NCBI RefSeq assembly: GCF_000150275.1
Contig: NW_002060946.1
Coordinates: 3,181,454-3,245,453, forward strand
Direction: 5' to 3'
Length of the DNA stretch: 64,000 nt
From: Trichoplax adhaerens
Lineage: Eukaryota; Animalia; Placozoa
Part shown: positions 55,625 through 64,000 of the stretch, piece after piece
How positions within the stretch are numbered: the stretch's first letter is position 1
Layout: each line of letters opens with the position of its first letter
The notes under the pieces: generated by a model
What the model was told of the DNA's origin: nothing
Database searches by the model: none
What the model saw: the letters and a program-made list of their open reading frames with translations, nothing else
Program-made: the position numbers and the translations under genes

Positions 55625-55710
55625 TGTACTGTGTTTAGTACTGTACTACTGTACCGTATTTTGGGCTTCGGTTTTACCATACAGTGTACAGTTATGCTAT
55701 ACTATAACTG
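55625..55710. promoter_or_regulatory. CAGTA/TACTG cluster upstream of DENND11
   Basis: gtactgtg..agtactgtactactgtacc..tacagtgtacagt, ~220-300 bp before the ATG. Confidence 0.55.
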
Positions 55711-55929
55711 TTTGGCAATGCATGACGCACTTCCATAGTTCTACGTCATGAATCAAGGTTAATAGGCTGGAATTACAAATTTCTCGCTAAAATTCATCAA
55801 TCAGACCATTGCTTTGCCTCATTAATTTCTTAATCGACACAGAAATAAGCCATACTGATGATGATAGCTATGTTCTATCATATTACTATTGTCTGATGAA
55901 TCGAAATCAATTAGTGTAAGTATAGCAAG

Positions 55930-58900
55930 ATGGCAATGTCAGACAACGAAAGACAACCGTTACTGGAGAATCTGCTCGATCAAAGCCCCCAAAAGACTAG
56001 CTATGACCGAAAAACATTTCAGCCTGACCTATCGCGATATCCATCAACACCAACACTGAATAATCGCTTATTAAAGAATCATGTTGTGGCTTTATTTGTA
56101 ATCAGTTTCGATACTAAAAGTGGTAAATTATTGATAAAATATCAAGTCAACGTTTTATTCTTTTACAATAAAATCAGGCAGTCCAGTACTACTTGTCCAT
56201 TGATTCATTGCATGCTAGACTACGCGTTATTGTAAATAAATTATGGCTATGGTGTTTTATCCTTATAATATCGATTCTACTCTATTATGTATTCGTCTTC
56301 TATCATCCATTCACTGGATACTGTAATCATTGATGAAATATCACGCGATGCTTTTCAGTAAAATAGTAATACACTTGAAATAACACGATCACCATGTAAA
56401 CATGTACTCTCCTTGCGGACTGTAGGGAATGTTGTCGAATACTGTGTACCCAGTGGAGTACAATTGAATGCCGTTGAATTTAAAGCAATGCCAAGTGGTA
56501 GCCACACAGTCTCTGAAGATTTTGTGTAAGCTTAACATAAGTGATATTGATCTTTTATCCAATCATTCTTATTTCTTTACAAGTAACTACCAGTTTTCAG
56601 TGTATCAAAATTTTAGTTGCCATCAACTTGTTTTGTTGGTAAGATAAATATGTGTAGAACCCGTGGTCGGCAACATAAAATAAGATGCAATCATCACTTT
56701 TATTTACAGTAGTCTTTACTCATAGTTAATTACTGAAGATTTTGCACATGCTTAATGCATATCAATGACATTCGTACTTCATCGCCATCTTATTTCTCTA
56801 AAGCGCCTACGAACTACCAATACACGTAACTTTAGCTTTCATCATCCTGTTCAATTGACATACCAATGTTTAGGAGCTACACTTCTCTACAGTGGCCATT
56901 ACATTGTTACTGAAGATTTGGTATAAAGCTAACATGTATAAGTGATAATCGTATTTCATAGTGGCTTTGTCATCTCTTCATATATAGCTAGAGAGCTAGT
57001 TGTGTACGAAATTTTAACTACCATCATCTCTTCACTAAAACACTTTAGAGCAGTACTGTATAGGAAACTGTAAATAGGACCAAAATACATTACGTAATTA
57101 CGAAAGATAATCGCCGTAGCCCATCCTTCCGCACTATGGTATTGATTAGACACTTTAAAAGAATAAATATAGATTATATATATGATGTGTCCATTGTACA
57201 ATCACAAGTCTTATGCATCGCGCTCGAGTGTGCTATTATACAGTGGCCAAATCATCAGCATTTATTTTTATATTGAAATCGCTGGTGTTTTATAATTAAT
57301 AATGTATAATTAAAAATATGGCTTAATCTCCTTGCTGCTCATATACTGTAATATGCCTATACTCTATCTTTGGTAATCAGATATTTCAGAAATGGCCAAG
57401 ATCTATATGGACTTAGCTGCTTTAAAAGAATTCAAGTCGATAACCAAGAAGAACGCGGTGTACGTATGAAATCAGTCGGAATACTTTGTAAGCATTTCAT
57501 AACCTTACATTTACACATGCCTTTCTTGGAGAGCGAAGTTGTGTAAGTAAGATAATTTTATCAACAAAGCCTTTAACCATAGAAAATGATCATTAGTCTA
57601 CCATAAATTAAAATATTACTGATATTGATTAAATAAAACTCTTGCTTACAATTATATTATTAACCTTTTAACCACTTTACAGAGAATTCTCATGAAAGTC
57701 ATCTAAAGTTATCCCATATATTTTCTTTATACTTTATAGAAAGCAGTTAAATAGCCCGGGTAACTATCAAAGATTACAAGAGTATTTTACCAATAATATA
57801 GATTTAAATGAATCCTTAATTCAACCTTATGGAAGTAATACATCAGTATTGAAGGTAAGGTTATTAATTAGCGAATATACTGAATATCATTATAGCGTTG
57901 CCAAAATTACTCATATCTTAACTATCGCTTTAAAACATAATTTCTTTTATTTTATCGGGCTTTAAAATATCTTGCATAATCGAAATGTTGATAAGATTTA
58001 ATCTTGTAAAGTACCTATTTTTCTATGCCACCTAACGAATGAATTCATTTATATGCACAGATTACACATCCTGCTGGATGCTTTTCTCAGTTTATTAAGT
58101 TTTTCGGTGTAAAGATATTTCCACTATGGAGACTTATTTTATTACAAAAAAAAATCCTATTTTACTCCCCACCACCTGTTGGCATCGCTTGCTATCGGGG
58201 TAAATCATACTCATTGATGATTGCAATCTTTACGAAATTTCGATCGCGATTGTCGTCTATAGCGTCTGAAAACGTTTCAAATTACAATTATAAATGAAAA
58301 TTTATACTTTAATTAAATTTAGTATACTGCTGCAGCTTGTTGTCGTCATCATCCATATCGCTGCGTGAATCACAAACTCAACCACAATTCTACGTAAATG
58401 TAGCTGACATTGCCGAACTATCATCTACAAAAACTTATGTTGCATGTGAGGCTTAATTATATTACTTACTATTTGTAATTCTGACTGAAATTCTAAGTGC
58501 TTATCGTTGTAACTACGCTGCATAATTACCTATTTACATATTTTTTCTTGATTACGTTAATGTGTGATTAATATTGAACTGTAGGTACCACGGAGAAAGT
58601 TTTTGAGAGTAAGAAAAACTTATATGACGCCTTCATCGATATTCGGAACATAAGTTCTACATCTCCCAATATTGAACCTTTAACAAAAGTCACTTCTGAA
58701 GACAGAAAGAGATTCGCTGCTCTTTCTCAATTAAGGTTCAGTATTCGAATACACATCTTTCGTATAGGCTTACAAAAATCTATTTATAAATGTTTCAGAA
58801 TAGCGTTAGATAGTGATATATTTAGCTATTGACATGATTATAAAAATATATGTAACGTATCCTAATAGACCGATTGGTAGTCTGCAAGAGCAACTTCAAC

Positions 58901-59202
58901 AGGGTGATGAAGAAAGTGAAGAAAAATATATCCGGTAAATTAATTGCATCATTTTCTCTGATTATTTTACTGTAACTATACATTTAAAACAAAATTTTGC
59001 CCATAGATTTTTCCGCGCTATGAACGACATCTTGTTCCAGAAATTGACCGATATTTCAAGTAACCCGGATCATCAGATTTCTAACTCGGAACTTGAGGAA
59101 ATGGGACTATATCCTGGTGCAGATAAAGTATTCTTAACTCAGTTAATCGAGTTATACAACTTTAATGTTGATTTACAACCGGACTGTGTGTTTTGCTGTT
59201 AA
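55930..59202 (+). CDS. DENND11: DENN domain-containing protein 11 (KIAA1147/LCHN), multi-exon
   Basis: [53 protein letters not shown]; [16 protein letters not shown]; [12 protein letters not shown]; [10 protein letters not shown]; YVACTTEKVFE. Confidence 0.93.
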
Positions 59203-60104
59203 GATTTATTCTATTGTGTTTTTGTACCTAGATCTTTGATATAGCGGTGCTAACCCATTAGCTATTATTTGAATGAAAGCGTTATATAGTTTAGCGAGAT
59301 TTTATCGAATACAAAGTCACAATATTTTTTACAGTTTAACCCTTTAAAAGCATATTAAATCACACTTGAAATAGATACTATATTATTATGAAAAGAATGA
59401 CAGATGGCTGTATATTGACGCTGTTTGGCTATTTACTTAAAAGGCTATTACTCAATAAATGAGATTGCAAAAATTCTATCTGCATTTAAAAACTTTCCAA
59501 TAATAATTGGTTGATTAAGTCATAAACTGTATACGTATATTACGTATATTCGTAGTATTTCTTAGAGTTTAAGAAACTATAATTTGTAACGTCTATTTGA
59601 TTACATTGGATAAACGAAGATTAACTGACGATTAATTATAGCTAGCTATAGATGTTATCCAAATACTATTGATATTGTTTCTAGTTGTAATGATACATCA
59701 TGGTACGTATATTTTGAAGGCTAGGATTCCTTCATTTATTATTTTTAAACAATATTACTATTAAAGTGAAAGAATGATACATTCCTTCTATAGTTTCTTA
59801 TACGCACTTGATAAGGAAGGCCTAGCTACTCTTTAAAGAATAGTTATAGCCTTTTATTGCAAACTATGTACATTCTGTTATTTTACAAATTCGTTATTCA
59901 TGAAATGCATGGCACATACGAAACATTAGATATTAATACAAATTCATAATAATTGAATTCGTAATAAATGTTAATGTTATAGTGACTAGCTACAAATATA
60001 CCATCTATTCGGATATAAAATGCTAAGTAAAAGCATCAGATGGCAAATAGAATGAAGTATCGCAAATTATAAACCTCAAGGTAATACTACATATCAACAA
60101 GTCT

Positions 60105-60956
60105 TTATCTTCTCTTTGTTTTACTTCCTTTGCCACCCTTTCCTATAACAGATTCTTCAACAGCTTTAATTTTAGAAGTTATAATGTCATCATTTTGCCT
60201 AATCTGATGATCTATTGTCAATTTCATTTGTTGTAATTGTTCCTGTAATGTGGTAGTTATAAGTGTTTTTATTCTATTTTTTGAATCATCAGCTTCATCT
60301 GCTTCGACTTCTTCTCCTTTAATAGAATCTGTCGTCTCTGTGGTTTCACCCTTTGTTTCTACAATTTCTTCAATTTCCTTATCACCTGTATCTTCTTCTA
60401 CATCGTCATTCTTTTCCTCTTCTACAGGTATTAATTGATTAGCAGGCATTCCAACATAATCGAACGCAATATCCATCCTTACTTTGGGAGTAAAAGCATA
60501 TTTGTATAATTTTAAGTGTCTAAAATACGTATTGATAACGTAAGTTATAATTAACTTGACTTGTATGACAGAAAAGATATAAATACTGTATGGTGGTCTA
60601 TTAACACTATGACAGAATAGTAGTTCCTTGAAATATTTATAGACGGCTTCTATATTCCCAAATGGTGTATCGATATTAGCCATATGCACTCTCTTGACAA
60701 TAGAGAAAAAAGCTGATGTTTGTTCCTGAGAGAAATTATTTTCCTTAGCAAACTGCAGGGTATAATAAAAAAGGTCTATAATAATGCCCATCTTTAAATC
60801 TTTATCATAGTCACGTAGGTTAAACATTTCAGCCAGTATTCCTTTAACATCTTCAGCAGTTCCACATGCATCAATTCTATCTAGTTGCCCAGTATTTAAA
60901 TCTTCCCATATGCAGACCGAAGGCTTTAAAGTACTTGGAATATGAATGACATTCAT
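60105..60956 (-). CDS. CFAP119: Cilia- and flagella-associated protein 119 (CCDC189, CLAMP domain), single coding exon
   Basis: VCIWEDL..DLFYYTLQFAKENNFSQEQTSAFFSI..FKELLFCHSVNRPPYS..NTYFRHLKLYKYAFTP; acidic linker and C-terminal coiled coil. Confidence 0.92.
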   Translation of the reverse strand: MNVIHIPSTLKPSVCIWEDLNTGQLDRIDACGTAEDVKGILAEMFNLRDYDKDLKMGIIIDLFYYTLQFAKENNFSQEQTSAFFSIVKRVHMANIDTPFGNIEAVYKYFKELLFCHSVNRPPYSIYIFSVIQVKLIITYVINTYFRHLKLYKYAFTPKVRMDIAFDYVGMPANQLIPVEEEKNDDVEEDTGDKEIEEIVETKGETTETTDSIKGEEVEADEADDSKNRIKTLITTTLQEQLQQMKLTIDHQIRQNDDIITSKIKAVEESVIGKGGKGSKTKRR

Positions 60957-61362
60957 CACGACAATACTGAATTCAGTCTGTTAACGACTTCACGTTGATC
61001 GAAGAATCGAAGTAAAATGTGTTTAGAGTTAGAAGTTTTTAGATCTATGTGGCGTACCCCAATGGTTGTTTTGATCAAGCTAAAATTCCAATTAGCAAAA
61101 TATTGACAAATTAATAAGATCTGATAGTGGAGAAGAGACTAAGTAGATCGTTACTGGATAGCCTATGACGTATTGAATAATGCGATAAAGTACTTACAAG
61201 TTAAAATTGATTACTTACAGTTCGGTTAGTAAGTGATTTGATAGTGATGCAGTAATGTAGAGATCAAAATTTATAATGTTAAGCCTCGACTCCTTAAGGC
61301 TATTGGCATAACTATAAGAGAGCTCTAAGACCGAGTAGAAATTGTGTTATCGTATTAATTCC

Positions 61363-61375
61363 GTTGCTATGAAAC
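61363..61375. promoter_or_regulatory. RFX X-box GTTGCTATGAAAC upstream of CFAP119
   Basis: X-box-like palindrome just upstream of a probable non-coding first exon (donor gtaagt at ~61217, acceptor aacag at ~60978). Confidence 0.7.
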
Positions 61376-61689
61376 CATCGAGCATGCGTATACTTACGGT
61401 ACGCGGTGTTCTACTAAAAGTGTGTGTCGCAATAATAATGTAGTAATGATACTCTGACAAGATGAAGCAAGCTATACTCTATCATATAATAAGTTAATCG
61501 CCGTAGAGTCTGTATAGGAACTAGAATCTGTCTCCAGCATCTACCTCTTTGCTACTCTATGTAGAAATCTAATCAAATCTAATAATAATAATTAATATAT
61601 ACTACCAATCTCAACGAAATCAGTCAAGCGTTCGAAAAATTCAAGATAGGATTTGCACCTTATAATATAAAGTATAGCTAATGAGTAGA

Positions 61690-63124
61690 TGCAAATGAAG
61701 TCATCTATAGAAAATAGCAAATCGGGCCATGTACCACGACAACGCAGATTTTTAGAATAGCAGTTGCATTTATAACAATGCTAACAACTTCTTGCAAGGG
61801 TTGTTGGCGAGCTAATGGTGGTGAAATCAGCTGTAGAAATGCATTATCTCGAGAAATAGTTTGAATATTAAAAATAGTGAAAAATTAGTTAGTATGAGAG
61901 AATATGCGGGTAGTATGAAATACGGAGATAGTACTACACTGAATCTGCAACTCGGCATACAGAAATTTTCTCATATACAGTGCAGCATGCAGCATGATAT
62001 GCAGTGATACTGTATTTGGTGACGGGTTTAAGAGATTAAATCAAATTGTAGGCGAAATGCGTTTAAATCATAAAATAAAATTTTCCATTGCGTTCCATCA
62101 TCTAACTGATGTTCGTAGATCTCGGCTGGAGAACTGTTTTTCATCTAATTTATTAAAACTAAACGATCAGGTGCTATCCCTTATTATCTGCTTATCAATA
62201 CGAGCAGCATACAAAATGTACTTGAATTACAGATAACATCAGTAAGCAACTATGCATCCTAACATGGCGGTTCTATTACTTATAAAACACGTTCCTACTG
62301 GGTAGAGTACAGTTACAGAAGCTTATGCTTTCCTATTATATGGAGGGATTAGATGAAAATTTCCATTTTTCGCTTCAACACCTCACTCAAGCTCCGCGAT
62401 TTCTACTTTTGAATGGCACGCTCTAAAATCTAAAGAATATTGAATATACAGTAGGCTGACTTCTCCACAATCTGCATTTCATAATTAACATAATAAATGC
62501 ATTTGTAATGCAAAGTGTATTAACAAAAATTAAAATTTCTCATTACTAGAAATGACCCCTGATCGATCATTAAATTGTATTAGAAGATTCTCAGTCTGAA
62601 CCTAAGTGAATATATTTTATTATTTGAGATAGATGAGGTACGCATTTGCCTTCCTATGTCTCTACCTCTGGCGAATATCATATAATGCTCTGTACGTTTA
62701 GTTACTTCGTAATTACAATTACAGAGGTTCGACATAAATGTAATATAATACCATCTATAATTTTAAGGCAAGCCCTGAACAAAATTAAATTACAATTTAA
62801 TTACTTGGAGCTATAATAAAAGAATTAGCTCACATTCGAGCATTCCATTGGGTAATCCTTTTATTACAATAGCACAAATGCAAATTTGATCTCTGGGTAA
62901 ACATCCATTCTTCGCTCCAGCAACAGACGTTATCCTATTAATGACCTTCAAGAAATCATAATAATTATAATTACATTATAAAATTGAAAGGAAGTTTTTG
63001 AGTAGCTGCTTTGTAAATGGATCAAATTTAATGTGCAGCACTTGCATGAACAGATAAGTCAGACTTAAAGCGATTATCAAGTAAAAATTACGATCAAGTT
63101 AAGCAGGCGTATTGGCCATAGCAT
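61690..63124 (-). pseudogene. Possible decayed secreted NTR/TIMP-like (with or without FN3) gene
   Basis: Signal-like MLWPIRLLNLIVIFT then stops; SCKCC..HLQSSY; exon LCNCNYEVTKRTEHYMIFARG; FN3-like LIPPYNRKA*ASVTVLY. Confidence 0.22.
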
Positions 63125-63339
63125 TATGATCACTGACTTGCTGCCGAAGTGTCTTGCTAAATCACTTTGTATATAAATGACTTAAAACTAATGTAGGTGA
63201 TATACTGTAGGTAAAGAAAAATGAGAAGAATGATATGTGTGATCTTTGAGACCTCTATTACGAATATTATATAATTAATAGGTGATTAATATTTATGAAA
63301 AAAACGTTATCACAAGTATGAAAATGGCATTGCATCATT

Positions 63340-64000
63340 TCTATCTACCACTAATCAAAGATAAAGTGCTATTAGACAGTAGAAAAATATGGATGGAGTA
63401 GTTAATCATTATGATATTATTTCCGTTTGCATCTATACCAACAAAGATTTGGTGTCAATTGATAACGGAAAATGAGAAAGTCATCGTAAAATAGTTTGAC
63501 ATTATCATACGATTACCGTTAAAATCTATAACAACATAGATCTAATGCGATAGGCAACGGAAAATGAGAAAAATAAATGGAATAATTGGGCATTAGCAAA
63601 TCGTTTCTATTGATATCTGTATACGCTAATAATCAATGATACAGTACTATTAGAAACTGGAGAAGTGCAGATGGCGAGTCGTTGAAATGACTAGCGTGAT
63701 CATTGAAAGATATTAACTCGAACACAATATTGCTGTAAGGGTATTAATGAGGCTAGCCAATGTACTAAATGCTACTATGTCATTGCATAAAATCTATTGC
63801 AGCACTCTACATCATCATTTTAATGATGGAATTGTGATGATACAGGAAAGAATATGTACAATATTAGTAATGGAAAATACAATGCCTCAGGCATTTTTTA
63901 TTAGAAGAGTTTATGCATTGCAATAAAATCAACCTCATGCTCTATCGCAAGCATTACCGTGTAAGAAGAGGAATATAATATTATTGAAGACCATGTTACA
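63340..64000 (-). pseudogene. Possible decayed class A GPCR
   Basis: TM3-like SSSYTVMLAIE, TM4-like VHILSCIITIPS and TM7-like INYSIHIFLL in correct order, interrupted by stops. Confidence 0.3.

Noticed and set aside
56526-57380. Long DENND11 intron with short recurring motifs (ttactgaagattt, tacagtggcca) and an 81-aa antisense ORF
   Set aside because: Repeats are too short to define an element and the ORF is not recognisable.
60250-60438. Ser-rich antisense ORF within CFAP119 (also 5775-5963, 30644-30883, 39492-39713)
   Set aside because: Shadow ORFs on the opposite strand of real genes.
1-64000. tRNA, rRNA and snoRNA genes, and autonomous transposons
   Set aside because: None recognised by eye; tRNAscan-SE/Infernal would be needed to exclude them.

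Overview
AT-rich, gene-dense eukaryotic (animal) DNA with short GT-AG introns. Composition, intron size and the intronless ER-motif GPCR paralogs suggest an early-branching metazoan, probably a placozoan (Trichoplax-like); this is inference only. In order, the window contains: two convergent intronless class-A GPCR paralogs; about 11 kb of apparent decayed LRR/LGR-receptor exons; mitochondrial peptide deformylase; a candidate unannotated spliced microprotein; heat-shock factor (HSF) divergent from a DEAD-box helicase; an EF-hand plus ubiquitin-like protein with an RFX X-box; a full-length FANCA orthologue; STMP1; ATP5MF divergent from MRPL38; a hAT-like MITE; DENND11; CFAP119 with an X-box; and further decayed gene remnants. 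The most striking non-coding pattern is that clusters of CAGTA/TACTG pentamers sit just upstream of nearly every housekeeping gene but not the GPCR or ciliary genes. Following these clusters led to two small spliced genes that the ORF track misses (STMP1) or captures only by their first exon (the microprotein). All gene models were spliced by eye and no searches were run.
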